Shown here piece after piece: positions 13,238-26,989 of a stretch of DNA of 64,000 nt (positions within the stretch are counted from its first letter, which is position 1; each line of letters starts with the position of its first letter). The position numbers and the translations under genes were made by a program. The stretch is from Trichosphaerium sp. ATCC 40318 (Eukaryota > Protista > Tubulinea). Where the stretch lies: assembly GCA_038496445.1 (NCBI GenBank), contig JALMLS010000124.1, positions 124,001 through 188,000 on the forward strand, written 5' to 3'. The notes under the pieces were generated by a model. The model did no database searches and had not been told where the DNA came from. It worked only from the letters and a program-made list of their open reading frames with translations.

Positions 13238-15800
13238 ATGCATCTCTTGTACATCTGTCTGTTCGTAGCTGTTGCCTACTCTGCTACCATTAGCTTTTCT
13301 GGTCAGTTGGCCGATGTCTCTTGCGGGTAAGATAGAAGGACCGAAAACAAAAATAAAAAACCACTGAAAAATTTAACTCCTATCTTTTTTAGAGACTCAG
13401 CAGGCACATGCGATACCCCTCCACAATACACAGCTCGTGGTACCGGAGAAACCGCTTATTGCGACGTGTACGTACTTCTCCCTTTTTTTCCTTTATCTTG
13501 TTTTTGCGCTCCAAAAAAAAAAGCTCCCACCTCCTTCCCTGCTTTTGTTAACCACTGTGTAGTGGTAATGAGACAGCTAACTGGGTTTCCATCACTGTTG
13601 ACGTTCCTACGGCTGGTTTTTACTACGTTGCTGGTACGTCCCGCTAGCTTAGAGGCTACGCACGCAAAAGCTTTTTTTTTGGGTTTTTTTGGGAAATCAC
13701 GTGGTTGAAAATATGCGAAATCAGGTGCGAGGTAAACTTTCCCCGTATCTCAATATTTTAAGTGATAACGGAAGAAACATACAACCTCGCAACCGAGGAG
13801 TGCTTCTCAAACAAACAAAAACGTGTACACGTGATTTCCCTAAAAAAAAAAAAATCAAAAAAACTCTAAATAATGAATTCACAAACTAACTCTATTTCCC
13901 AGTACACACTTCCTATCATCTTGGTGAATACATAAACGTTGGTCTATACGCTAACTCAATGTTTACTTGTGCCAATTCTTGCGATAACCTCGCATGGGCC
14001 CTTCGCGGTAGCCTACAAGGCGAAAACCCAAGTACGTACCTCTCGTTCTTTCTGTAGAAAATTGTCAGAACCAGACAAATTTTCCCGGAAACTAATACTA
14101 AAAAACTCTGTTTAGCCGTAACCACATTTGGCGCTGTATGGATTCCAGCTGGAACTCACTTGGCCATTGTAACACATGATACAAGCATTGACCCACCAGC
14201 AGCTTCTGCTGACAATGTCGGTTTCCAAGGTGTCTTTGTTATTGAATTGACGCCACAAAAACCATACGAAGTGTTGGCTCAAATCGATTCAGCCAACCCT
14301 TACAAGAGATATTTCGATGACAGTTGCTCTATGGAAATGTACTCAACTACATTTGAATATACTCCTTCTATGTCAGGAAACTACACGCTTGGATTTACTG
14401 GTGCAGTAGCAAACAACACGTAAGAAAGCGCGCTTTCTCTTTTTTTTCTCTTTTTTTTTTTTTGGGGGTTTTTTTCTTCACCTCCATGTGCTTTGTTTTG
14501 TTTGTTATAGTTTATTAAGGCTCGTTTCTTTAGCAAGGCGATTGGTAATCGTGTAAGTGACGATAGGGTGATTTTAGTACCTTTCGAGGCCGCCATTTTT
14601 ACTGATTACATGGCACCTTGTAATTGCACTACTTCTGGCGACTGTGGAACTCTAGTTGAAGCTAGAACCAATACAGGAACTCCCGAGTGGACCTTCGAAT
14701 CAGGTGTTACTTATACTGTAGTATTTGGTCAGATGTACGCTGACTGTACGTAAAGTCTAAACAAAAAAAAAAAAGTTTGAAATGATTTTTTTACTATTAC
14801 CCCCAAGCTCACTTTTGAATGTTAGACGTCGCTGGTATCGTTTTTAACGAGGCTGTAACATTTGGGCCTTTCGCTCCTTTTGCAACTTTAGCTCCTACAG
14901 AGCCTGGCTGTAATGACCCACAACGCTTGGGCACCACTGTACGTCTAATACGAAAAACCTTTGTCACAGGAAAAAAAAATCACGTTTTTATACATGTGCG
15001 TGCTTGATACTAACAAATTTCTTGCAGAATTATACCAGAATTAATACTACTGAACATACAATAACGCCTACTTGTAATGCCGATGGTTATCCTGGTGCAT
15101 GGAATGCCGTGGTAAGTACACTAACGTGAAGAAAAAAAAATAGAAAACTCTTACTAATAATTATTTAGCCAATTGAAAGTACCTCAACTGGATACTACTT
15201 GTTCACACCTCAAAGAACTTTACAAACTTCGCTTTGTGAACCTATCACCAACCTCGTCCTCACCCTATTCAAAGACGCTGTTGCCCCTACAGCATTCAGC
15301 GACCGCAACTTCGAGTACGCAGCAAAACAAAAATTATCTCAGTTTTTTTTTTTTTTTCAAAAGTTTTTCAACTTTTCTTCTGTTTCAATTTACTTACCTC
15401 TCCTCTTTTTTTTTTTAGCACACTTCCACCTGATTGTACTGATATGTCATTCGTTGAAGCCGGTGAAGATATAATAATGGCTGAGTTTATCATTGCAGAT
15501 GAAGATTGGACCATGGTTGTCACAGCCGCTGATCCTACTGAGGCTAATGAGTATGGCACATTTAATTGGTTCACCGTAAGCGGTCAACCTGTTGGATGTT
15601 TCCCAGATGTACCAACACCACCACCTGTCGATCCAAATACACCTACTGAGGCAGCTCCAATTGAACCAACTGCTCCTGTTCCTCCTACAACAACTGCACC
15701 AGTAGCACCAACAACAACTGGAACCACTCCTACTTCACCAGCTTCCGCTCAAGTTGTTGTTTTGGCTGTTCTTATTGCTCTCATTGCTCTCCTCTTGTAA
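13238..15800 (+). CDS. Putative GPI-anchored surface glycoprotein with about three tandem beta-sandwich-like domains and a P/T stalk
   Basis: Signal peptide MHLLYICLFVAVAYSA; recurring motifs AGFYYV, SGNYTL, TGYYLF, GVTYTVV; stalk PTPPP...TTPTSPAS; terminal hydrophobic tail AQVVVLAVLIALIALLL*. Confidence 0.7.
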
Positions 15801-16362
15801 GAAAGAAACGAAAAAAAAAGGGAAGACCTTGTTTAAATAAAAATATCCAAAAAAAAAAAAAAGCTTTTGTTTGTTTTTTTGACATTTTTTGATCTCTATC
15901 ATCTCGCGAATTGTTTAGTTATGCAAGGCATGGCGCCTGAACTCCTTCAGTTTTTATTCGTAAGCACATTTCTATCTCTTTTGACTACATTACTGTTATG
16001 CATTTCTATACTGGAACTACAAGGAGTGCGAGCTATCCAAAGGTAAGGAGTACTTTAGTTGCAAGTTCCTTGCTTAACTCGGGATGACCACTACTGAGAA
16101 TACGTCAACAACAATATTCTGGCTTGCGCAGGTGATGTCTGCGCACTATGTACCAAGCACGCTACTTGTTCTTGTTGCTCTCGAAAAAAATATGTGATGT
16201 TTGCTTTTTGAAACGTGTCCTCAGTGGTGGAATAAACGTATATGGTAAGGGTTTGAAGCACTTACAAAATTACCCTGTTTGCAACTAAGTGAGACACAAC
16301 ATGCTACAGATGAGGACACGAACGTATAAGCGCCATACAGAGTGGAAACTGTTAAGTTGTAG

Positions 16363-16538
16363 TGTTCAGACAAAGAACAAGAACCAACATGAGTTACCAC
16401 AAGTATTCTCTTTATCCAAATCACCAACAGAGTGGAAGGTACCATCGTACACACCTACAACAGACTCTAGAGTTGCACATAAAGTTGTAGAAACAGTCAC
16501 CATAAACATTAAATAAAATAGTACAGTGAGACTATAAC
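16363..16538 (+). pseudogene. Paralogous fragment of the ROCO COR region (inverted copy of ~828-1003)
   Basis: ELPQVFSLSKSPTEWKVPSYTPTTDSRVAHKVVETVTIN versus EFPQVFSLSKSPTKWKILSYTPTIDTKVAHKVVETFTIN; similarity extends over the AAAATA|GTAC splice donor. Confidence 0.85.
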
Positions 16539-16769
16539 GAGGACATTGCTTCGCAAGAAGAATCACATCCAATACTGAAATAATGGCTATTTCGCTTATG
16601 ACTGTTTATCACGTGACTTAAATCCTATGTTAATAACAGCTTGAAAACTTTCACCATCAACGTTGCGTTCCCAAACAGCCGAAATGTTTCGTAGAACGCA
16701 AAGCGTTGGAAAAGCTACAACAACGAGTTTACTATAGTTCTCTGTAGATAATAGCGCATACTTGCTTCA

Positions 16770-17310
16770 AACAAACCAATCACGATTTAAAGTTGTCAAT
16801 AGTGTCATTTACTTGCGTTTATCGTTCATGATATCATTGATACCATGCCATAAGGATTACAACAAACTCAGGCAAGATTAGCTGGAACACATGATGGTAT
16901 TCTGAAAACACACAAATTACCCTCAAAGGACGAGACATTGATGCAAGCATTAGAGTACTTGCTGGAGTTCATACAATTATCCTTGCTCATACAAAAGTAT
17001 CAGATAGAGGCCTCAATAACCCTCTTGTGCAGAACACTTGCTGGAGTTTATGATTGACCTCGCTCAAACTTCAATAACAGATTATGGTGTCAAAGCACTG
17101 CTGGAGTTCACTATTGCTCATGTACACTTTAGTATGATACGGTGCCAAGCACTTGTAGTCCATACTATTGACCTTAGTTACATCAGTTACTGACTGTCAA
17201 AGCACTTGCTGGAGTTCATAGAATTTACCACAATTTCACTTCAGTAACATGAAGGTATTAACGCACTTGTTGGTGCTATTGTACATTACCCGTGGATATC
17301 TAACACAAGT
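16770..17310 (+). pseudogene. Decayed F-box/LRR gene
   Basis: ACGATTTAAAGTTG..TGTCATTTA..GTTCATGATATCATT matches the F-box end at 61728-61790; repeated CTTGCTGGAGTTCA (LAGVH) LRR units broken by frameshifts and stops. Confidence 0.8.
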
Positions 17311-17660
17311 AAAGATATTCTACTATCATGTAGTTTGAATACACCGACCAGCCAACAACGAAAATGACTCATTGTCAGTATACAATTAAGGATTTAAAGT
17401 GGTAACTATTTCAGTTCAACAGCAATATTGTATACTTAAATGTTGGGTACTTACACTGACATCCAGGAAGCGAAAGGCTTAGCTGAAACTAGAACAACTT
17501 GCTTCTTTAGATACCGTGTGAAGAGTCGATGGCCTAACAAACAACAAGTATATAGCAGCTCCAAAATGAAGAGCTTCAGAATTGCTTCAGCAATAAACAA
17601 TTTAAACTATGTAATGGGAGGGTACTTTATTGGTTACATTGTACCAGATTCTGTCATCAT

Positions 17661-19066
17661 TTAGAAGTCCATGTCCTTGGCAGAAACACCGCATACTTTG
17701 AAATCACTGGAATGGTGGCCAACAATTGCCGAATTTTTAACATTTGTTACTGCGTGCTAAAATAAAAAAAACAATGGTTAGTACAAATTGTTGACTTTGT
17801 TTTTTGGTTATTGATTTACTGGTTACGTACTTCACAACTAAAAAGAGCGATACGCACTGGAGTTCCATGTCTGTCCTTGAAGTTTGTGGCAGGGTTAATA
17901 CAGTTTCCCATTTTTTGCATAAGTTTGCTTGTAAGCGCTGAATTGGAGTTTATCTTAGAAATACGCCATTCAAACTTGCTACCACATGCAGATACAACAA
18001 TACCGGCTTTCACTGAGTTAAGGTAATCCCCTATAAAACGAAAATATCAGATCCACGTGTACTAGTACTTCAAAAAAAGAAAAAAAGAAGAAAGAACAAA
18101 ATTCTGCTTGCCTACGAGATGCACAAACGCTTGGGTTGATGTCGGCCTATCATAGAACTTTTTGAGAAGTGAAGCCAAGTGACCGTAAGCTGCAGATTTT
18201 GTTCCCTTTACGCCACTAATAGGGATCTTATAGTGGTTGTAGTACGCGACCAAATAGTTATTTAAAGCAGTTTCCAAACCAGGCTTTGCTTCATTGGCGT
18301 CCAAGATTCTATCAACAATGAAATCTTTCCATGTGACATCTGCGTTATGCTTATTCTTATCATTAGTTGTTGCAGCTGAAATTCCTCCATGTGCAAGTGA
18401 TACAATAGATGATATTAATGGACCTGTTGAAAAAAAAAATTAATCACGTGACGCTTGCCAATTTGTACAAAAAAAAAAAAAAAAAAAAAAAAAGAAGGTC
18501 TTACCGACACCAGGCAAGTTTCCAATAACGCTTGAAAATATGGTAAACAAAAAGCCTGGAAGCTTATTAGAAGGAGGTGCAGGATCAGTTTGTGACATAA
18601 GCAACTGAAAAGCTTGCAAGTTGCTAAAATCTGCGTCATAGGCATCAGCGAAAGCAGCAAACATGAGTCCTTTAAATGAAGGACGATCTATTCCTTTGTT
18701 GTTTGCCCAATCTTTCAAATCTTGTAGAGCACTTGTGTAAGAGCCAAGCAAAGCTTCTTTCTCGAGTAAATGTTGGTCACTTGCCAAAGAGCAGTGTTTT
18801 TGAGGGAAAGAATAAGAGCTTGTGTGTTGTGGGCACGTGCATGATTTTGCAGTAGCGCATGACTTTGAGCAAGATTTCTTTGATCCAGGTACTACAGGGC
18901 AGCATTTTCCGGAACTATGCTTGTTCCAACTAGGTCCGCAGCTGACCAAACGGCATTTTGAACCGCAGTAAGATACTCCAGTGCTGTTAGTCTTGTCGAT
19001 AGAAATCAGGTCAAACGCAGCAGCTACTGCTAATATTGCTAGAATAACGAACAATGAGGTGCGCAT
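17661..19066 (-). CDS. Secreted protein with a Cys-rich N-terminal module and an amphipathic helical region; function unknown
   Basis: Signal peptide MRTSLFVILAILAVAAA; about 10 Cys in ~60 aa; exons splice in frame (one GC-AG intron) to ...VSAKDMDF*. Confidence 0.75.
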
Positions 19067-20783
19067 CGTGTTTGAGGCTTAGAATTATGGTAATTCACTT
19101 CTTTAAAATCGCACATTGTTGGCAAATATTTCCAACTAATTTTCCCACATGGTATTATCAGATTCGATAAACGCCTTCATGTTGTTGATTTTTATCCCAA
19201 ACGTGAACCGATATTTTTTTCTTATATTTTCAGGTAGTAGTAGTACCCACTAAGATATCTCCATGGCTACCTCATTGTTGTCTGTACACCTGCCTGGCTT
19301 TTATAAGGGCCAACCCGAGAACTAGTAGGCTAATACCACGAGACATGTGAAACGAAACGAAACGAAGGTTGTTACAAAGATCTCGCCTTCCTCTAGATAT
19401 CTAGAATACTCAAAACTGTAAGTCGAAAGTGGTAATGGTACGACGCGTTATACCAACTTTCTCAAGATTATCAGAATACCCTCCAGATCGTCACATTGCC
19501 GTTACGCACGTACTCTGCACTGGTTTGATGGTAAGTAAATTCACAGGCTAATCACGTGTGAATTACAGCTTTCTGCCCCTCGTTAACGAGATACTAGTTT
19601 CTAGTTTTATGCTTTGACACAGTTCACATGCTACTAATAGTTTTTTTTCATTTCGGCTTACGAGAACATTCCACGTATCACTTTTTCACTAGCTCATTTT
19701 ACAATGAAAATGCAGTTCACCATTGTAAACAATCAAATAAGAATGGTCACAACCTTCCTACAATACCAAAAATTGGAGAAATTCATGAATTTCGCTAGCA
19801 ACTTTATTTTATTCTAGTACTTGGTATTGAGTAGAGGGTATATGAGCGTAGTGGGCCGTAGTATTTTTTGTGCAGTAGTTGAAACCTTTACACTGTTTTG
19901 ATTCCCAACATCTTGTAAGATAATGAAGAAATGAAGCAGCATTCTGATCACAGCCATTAATTTTCTCACTATGACTTTTCTGTTTTGACAGTCGCTTGGA
20001 CTTTTAGCCCTTGCTTTTGTCTTCCTTGTTTGTGACTCTCACTCAACTGATGCTGCTTTCGTTACTTCCATGATCTATATGTCTTACAAGCCTCCCCTTC
20101 CATGTCACGGCGAATTGTATTCGAACTGTTCTCAAACAAATTGGAGGCTGGCTTTTTTAACTATTACTTCCATGACAATATCATGTGACAAAGCCACCAA
20201 TATATGCGACCGTTAAAATTGCGGTGGTTGTTTTCAAGGCGCTGTCAATATTGACGTGTATTTTGTGGTGGCTGCAGCACAAGTGTACTCGTAAACTCAA
20301 GCCACCTTGCAGCTTGGCTGAACGCGCTCACGTAAATCAACTGATGTACCACTCGGAATACCTCAAAGGAAAAATATAAGTAGCAAACACAACCACAGAA
20401 ATTGAAATTATGGATAATCGCTTTTTTGCGTTGACGCAATTTCTGATTGCAATACAGCAACTCGTCGCAAACCAGGCCTTGTGAAGCACGCAATGACATA
20501 AAACAAACGTCTCACTCACCAGAAACCAGTCACCAACACAGAGACCAACGAAAAAAAACAACACAACATGTGCAACCAAACATCGAAAAAAAAAAAAATG
20601 TGACACGCAACATTTGCAATCCAAACCATGGACACACGTGGATCGTCAATATACCAAAATCCATAAAATACAACAAATAAAATATACAAAAAATCAAAGA
20701 TGAAAAACCCGCGCAAGTAACCAAGATACCACCATGTTTATGGAAGGGTTTTTTATATGGAATTTTTTTTTTCTACAAAAGAC

Positions 20784-21448
20784 TTATTCAGCGGTTTCCA
20801 TGTCTTCGTCCTCGTCGCTACCAGCTTCACTGTCATCATCATCATCGTCATCATGGATGTTAAAGTAACGGAGTTGGTAAATGTGTGGCTTTGTGGCCAC
20901 AAGTCGAAGCCAATCGCGCAATTGCTGCTTTTTCAAAAAGCGTTTTGTCAAGTATTTGATGTACTTTTTGGAGAAAGGAGGAACGGCAGTGATTACTACG
21001 TGTGTGTTACCCTTACGGCGCACTTTAACTTGGTCTGTGAGTTTGCCGCTCTTTGCAGCAGGTGTAGCCTTGATTTTATCATTGAAGAACTTCTCCTACG
21101 GTGTGTTTTAGCGGTTTTGACTCGTATTACAGAAGTTGAGAAGGAAATCTGAACGCGAGCGTAAAAACGCGTCATTTGCAACTAAAACAACGTACAAGTG
21201 CGGTTACTTCCAAAATTGTGTCGTTAGCAGGGATATGGCAATCAATTACAACTTTTACGAGCTGATTTTTGCTGTACTTTTTGGTAGAGCCGTGGCTTGA
21301 TGTTTTGACAACACCACCCTTGATAGGTATCTACAAAAATTGTTTTAGTGAGATCTCTTCGTTTGTGCGTTTGAACCTTTTTTGTTGGCCTTCTGCCGGC
21401 AGGCGCTCTCAAAACTTTCTTTCCTTTAGATCTAGACGTGGATGACAT
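20784..21448 (-). CDS. RPL22: 60S ribosomal protein eL22 (L22e) with basic N-terminal extension and acidic tail
   Basis: VIDCHIPANDTIL, EKFFNDKIK, FSKKYIKYLTKRFLKKQQLRDWLRLVA, YQLRYFNI. Confidence 0.9.
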
Positions 21449-21565
21449 TGTTAGTAGGCGTCGAACGAAAAATCAATGCGGCGTGAAACAACGAGACTTT
21501 TTTATTTTGCGCCAAAATAACCCTCGTTCAATTTTTCTGTTTACAAGTTAGTGTTATTAGACGTT

Positions 21566-22202
21566 ATGAGTAAGGTAGCTAAGCATACAAAACCCACCAA
21601 GAAGGAGAAATCGCCTGTAAAGGCCAGTGTTAAAGGAAATACATCAGAAGTGAAAAAGCCTAAATCTACAGCACGTAGGGGTCACTTGGCCACAACCCAA
21701 GGCGTATCTAAATCAGGTCGAGTATGGAAACAGACAAGAACACGACCGTACGTAATTACATAAATGTGATATGGGAGAGCGCTAACCTTACCCTGTAGAG
21801 CGCGAAGCACGCGTGTTTCAATAAATAATGCAAAACTCGGGTGGGCTACGCGTAAAAAACGTGAAGACGCGCTCAGAGAAGTAAAGCAATACGAACGCGA
21901 TCTAAAAGAAAAGGCTGAAGAGGAAGCGCTTGCAAAACGTGAAGAACGCAAACGACAACTACGCCAAAAGGAGCAATACATCCAACCAAATACATACCAA
22001 GAGGTACGCCAAGAAGAAATTAACAAAAAACTGTTATTTTATTCAAAAACCTGCATTTGTCGCATAAGAACGCTCATAACAGTACTGACAACGCTACTAG
22101 ATTAAAAATAAAAAGAAGTTGAGTAAACTGAAGGGTAAAGACAGACAGCATATTCGTTACGTAGCAGATACGCAATTCAACAGCAACCCATACTACTTGT
22201 AA
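21566..22202 (+). CDS. CCDC86: CCDC86/Cgr1-family nucleolar rRNA-processing coiled-coil protein
   Basis: SKSGRVWKQ, ..WATRKKREDALREVKQYERDLK, YQE|IKNKKKLSKLK. Confidence 0.75.
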
Positions 22203-22585
22203 CATTCACATATTCAAAAACAACTACGCAAAAAAACCCACCTGTACATTAAACCGAAATTTCAAGAAAAGGCAAGCCTCTGTACAATGAGACAACAACA
22301 GCAACAATCAACACTCAAAAAAAAAGAGAAAAAAAAATGTCATTCCATCGTACGCTCAGAAAACACCTCAAGAGCTTTTCTATGAGTGGATCTGGTAGGA
22401 TTTTTTGTAGTGTATCTTATACGGGCAAAATGTTTTCGCATTTTTTTTTTCTTGGAGAGTAAATTTCATCGGAATAAATTTTGTTTTATTGTTGAATAAT
22501 TATTTACCAAAAATTTCAGAAAACTTTTTTTTTTTTCTTTTCAAGTGACACTTTCTTAAATGTTTATATAGCATTATATAATCGT

Positions 22586-24578
22586 TTATGACCTAATTTG
22601 GAACTTTCCTGCCTTTGTAATACTGCGTACTCCCTTATACGGGTTGAATTTTTCGTTATGCAATGTCAACGAATCAACAGCGAGTCCACTTGCTGACCAC
22701 ATGACGACTTTCCATTCGGCCTATTTTTGAGAAAAAAAAAATCAGTCACTTCAATGTCGTTAAAGCAGTTTACCGTAATCACAGGGTTAGATTCAGGTGC
22801 TTCAGCGCCTGTTTGCAAGTTGATTGTACCATCAAGTACAGGAGTCTTATCTTTTGGTAATTTGCCGATATTCCATTTACAAACCTGTTACAAACAACGT
22901 CAGACAAAGGGAAAAAAGAGAAAATATCGATCAACGATGTACTACGTACTTTTTGTATTTCATCGAAATGAACAGCCCCAATATTAGCAGATAAAGTAGC
23001 AGATCCCGATGTCTTAGAGAATGGGATAGTAATGACAACGTATTCTACTTGCTTATCCGTAACATGCGTATTTCCAACGGATACGTGTACTTTACCACCT
23101 ACAAGCAATGTCACTAATGCTTAAAGCTCGTATTTGGTCGTACCAGTGTTGCTGTATAAAATTTGTGGTTTGATGTATATTGGTGCTCTAATTTGACCAG
23201 TGACACTGTAAAAGAGTAAGTAAACAATGTTTAATCAATTCTCTGAGAAAGTGAAAAAAAAGTGTACCGGAATTCCATCAACTTAAAAGTGCCATCTGGA
23301 GGTATGAATGACACCACGCGATCGTGTTCCCACCTTACAGTAACATCGTTAGCGCATTTACGGCTTTTTTTCAAACAAGTAGACGGCAGTATTTACCTGT
23401 TGTATCGAACGCAGTGATGGAAAGAAACGTCATCCAAAATACGTGCATTGGTAAATCTCAGTGATAAATCAGGCATGCCTGACAGTTTACAGTTTGTTTG
23501 AATTTCTCCGCGAGCTTCACACTGAATCATCGACCCAGATCTTTACCCAAGCGTTAATGAATATGGTGTAAGATAAAAATAAGCTACCTGTCGATAATAC
23601 AATCGATTTCCTCGAGAATATCAAAATACACTTCATTTGTAGTGTATTTTACTCCTTAGGAACACGTTAGCATGTCAAAGTCGTTAACAGAAGAAAATAA
23701 GGCTTTTTGAATATTTAAAAGCACTAAAGCGCAAAATTACGCTGTAAAAAGCAGCACGTACCTTGTCTACGCCAAGGTACATTAGTTAGAGATGCATCAG
23801 GTAAAACAGATGTCACATTATTTCCAGGACCCATGAACACCTTTTTAAAAGCGTCAGACATGTACAAAATGACCAGGAGGAGATATAAGTTTTGTTTGAA
23901 ACGTACAGAGCCAATTGTAGATAATAGATTTGGAGGTGTGATCATTTCTGATAAAATATTAGGTTCTGTTGTGAATGGTACGCCATTATCCATCATCTCA
24001 TCAAGTAATTGGTAAACTGTAACAAAATTGTCTTTTATGATTTGTTCAGATACGCTCGAAAAGTATGATTTAAATACATCTACAAGGCGATAGAGGAACT
24101 GTATGATGAGTAGTGGTGAAGTTTCCTTTAGTACGTAAGTAACTTTGTTTGTGCCAAAGCAAGTATAGATATAAACTAGCGCGTAAGAGAGCGAAAGCGG
24201 GTGGAATGGTAGCAGATAAAGCTTCATTCTTAAAAATGATTTTTGATTGGAGAATTGGCGAAATTGCCGACGTACTCTTGCAGATAGAGCCAAGAAGAAT
24301 AACCCTTCTGTTTGAACATGGATAAGATAAAATTTAGGTGTTGACATTATTGGTGGCGCGTCAGCTTTTGTATCAGCCTTCAATACGTTGTCCCAGAATG
24401 TGTCGCATATACCGCGTGTTACAAGGCCTCTGTAGTGTTTTTCGATCAAAACATCTCTAAAACAACACTTAGCTTGTACATTCCAACACAATTAGAGTAT
24501 CCAAAGGTAAAATAAGGAAAAGTAAAAAGTTTTAACTTACCCTGAAACGTTTAGTATAAATAACGCTTGAACAGGCAT
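22586..24578 (-). CDS. AP3M1: AP-3 complex medium (mu) subunit
   Basis: IKDNFVTVYQLLDEMMDNGVPFTTEPNIL, NVPWRRQG, KYTTNEVYFD, SFHHCVRY, SFIPPDG, YKGVRSITKAGKFQIRS*. Confidence 0.92.
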
Positions 24579-24805
24579 TGTTGTAACGTAATATTGATTG
24601 TAACTCTATTGCGAATGTCAAAGAATGTTCAAAATAAATAAAAACAAAAGTGACTTCTGAACGACACTTTTTTTGCTTTAATTAGTTTGACCGTTTGTTT
24701 GATTTTCTTTGATGATACACAGAATTTTACACGCAACAACAAAAACGATTTTAGACATGCTATTTTATAATGCTACAATAAATGTACGCTAACAACCCAT
24801 TCTTT

Positions 24806-25702
24806 TTAGTGTGCGGCTGTAGGATCGATGGCATTGGTATTAACTCTGACAGTTGTTCCCTCACCGTGGAGTGATACAGCAGGCATGAAAGGCTTCCTGA
24901 CTTCGTGCTTTTTAATTTGGACAAGTACTTTCGCTTTAATACCATTCTTGAAGAACTCAATGGTTCCTACACGCGCGAGGGTATTAGTACTCCAAATACA
25001 AAAAAAAAGATCAAAAATCCAGCGCAATGTAAAAGGCCTCTACGCGCGTACCATTTTTAACATTGAGTAAAACGCCAACTTTGTCACCTTGTTTAAATGG
25101 CTCGGCTTCGCCTACGATCTTATTCATGTGGTAACAGCAACCTGTTGTAATTAGATTTAGCTAAAACCGAGCGTTTGAAACGAAAAAAAAAAGAAGCTCA
25201 TTTTCTTTCAAAAAAACAAGTAAAATCCAAACAAACCGCTGTTGTACCGTTACTGCAATAACACCAACTGTTTTTGTCCAAACCTAAAACGACATCAAGG
25301 TTGACATCTCCGTAACCACTTTTAGAGCAAACACCGATGGAACACTCTTCTGAAGGAGCCATTTTGGTGATGGTGAAATGCCAGTAGTGTTTTCCACTTT
25401 TCCACTCTTTTGCTGCAACAGCCACTTAAAAACACAGTTAGATTTCATTAATACACTCTACAATGTACCTCTATGACTCTCTTTATCCTTCTTTGTTACG
25501 ACTTGGCCATTTCCGCTTACACCAATGGCAGGATGCGCTTTAGACTTTGAGAACTTCCACTTTGGTGCCATGCCCTCAGTATCGTACTCATCGACAAATT
25601 CTTCCTTTTAGATAAAATGAGCGTTTACACCAAAAGACTGACTTTTTTAATAATTTGACATGGGCGTACTTCTCCCTTCTTACCACCCTTTTTCTTTGAC
25701 AT
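24806..25702 (-). CDS. Small SPRY (B30.2)-domain protein
   Basis: WKSGKHYWHFTI, SIGVC, LGLDKNSWCYCSNG, FKQGDKVGVLL, TIEFFKNG, FMPAVSL. Confidence 0.8.
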
Positions 25703-26273
25703 GACGCTAAGCAATACGTTAGTTAAACAAGTCTTTGTTTAATTGTTGTAAAAATAAGCTAAACAGAGCGCCAAAAATAATATAACCATTCTTAACGGTT
25801 CGGCGACTTTAATAGTGTGTTTTTTGGCACAAATTGAGGAAGGGTTGTTTGGCATACAACAATAATGTGAAACGGACGTGTTACAACAAGATTAGGAACT
25901 TATCGCAACACCGTCGCGCAGTATTAGCCACATAAAGTAGTAAAATTAAAGTTGGAAATGCGCCTCCCAAAAGCTCTTCTGCGCTCAGCTTAGTAACACA
26001 AACAACGTTACCAGTTTACGAGTAACGTTAAATTTGGCATTGCTTGTTAGTTATCAGCTGATCAACGCCAAACGATCAGGTTCAGCGTTTTTTTAAACGG
26101 CAAATACTCTAAGAAACAAAGGATTTGATTCGTACCTGGTTGTTGTTGTTTAGTATTGATGATTAAACTACAAACTGGAAAAATCAAATGCCAGTCTGCC
26201 TTGAGAAAAACCCTGACAAAAAAAAAAGTCGCTGGAATACCATTGTAGACTGTCAAGTGAAGCGGTACCAGCA

Positions 26274-26881
26274 ATGAATGGGCCTGTAGACTTTGATACA
26301 CTACCTATTGTAGAAGATAAGCTTCCTACATTTGAGGATGGCCCAAAAACAAAGGAATTACGAGCACTGTTGTACAAGTTGATGAAAATTGAGCTAAAGG
26401 ACGGACGTGAGTTAATTGGCGTGTTTTCCTGTTTCGACAAGGATAAAAACATTATGCTCGCTGACTGTAAAGAAACACGCGCCATAAGGCCTATGCCTGT
26501 ACCAGAAGGTAATTTAAACTATTTTACATAAAAAAATGTTATGTCAATGCTCAAATGCGTTTATAGATCAGACAGAGCAACAATTAAGCGATGTCGCACT
26601 ACAGAAATACTTTAAACTGCGTTCAGAAGGAAAAGAAGTTAGACAACTTGGCCTTGTACTAGTGCCTGGCGCTCACGTAGCCACATGTCATGTACGTCAC
26701 CTCACACAAACTCTCTTCCGTTGTAGCTTATGGAATTCTGTAGATTGACGAAAATCCTGCGTATGTACCACCAGAGTTTAGAAAAGAGACTGAGAAGGAC
26801 GCTGACGCTGAAGCTGACGCTGAAGCTGAAGCTAAAACTGAGGATGTGAAGACAGAGGTTGAAGATGACAAGAAAGAATAG
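26274..26881 (+). CDS. NAA38: Sm/LSm-domain protein, NAA38 (LSMD1)-like NatC auxiliary subunit
   Basis: MKIELKDGRELIGVFSCFDKDKNIML (Sm1) and RQLGLVLVPGAHV (Sm2 with VPGxH, more like NAA38 than SmB); acidic tail. Confidence 0.65.
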
Positions 26882-26989
26882 ATTATGCTGCAGCAAAATC
26901 CGCAACATCCCACCTAGTCACACTCCATGGAAGGGAAAGCAAAACCAACGAAGATTGTTTTTTTTTTCTTTCATTTTTTTTTAATGGAG

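Noticed and set aside
19100-20750. Short ORFs in the long gap (also 4879-5255, 32631-32909, 62909-63214)
   Set aside because: No recognisable motifs or consistent splice pattern; possibly decayed genes but not supportable.
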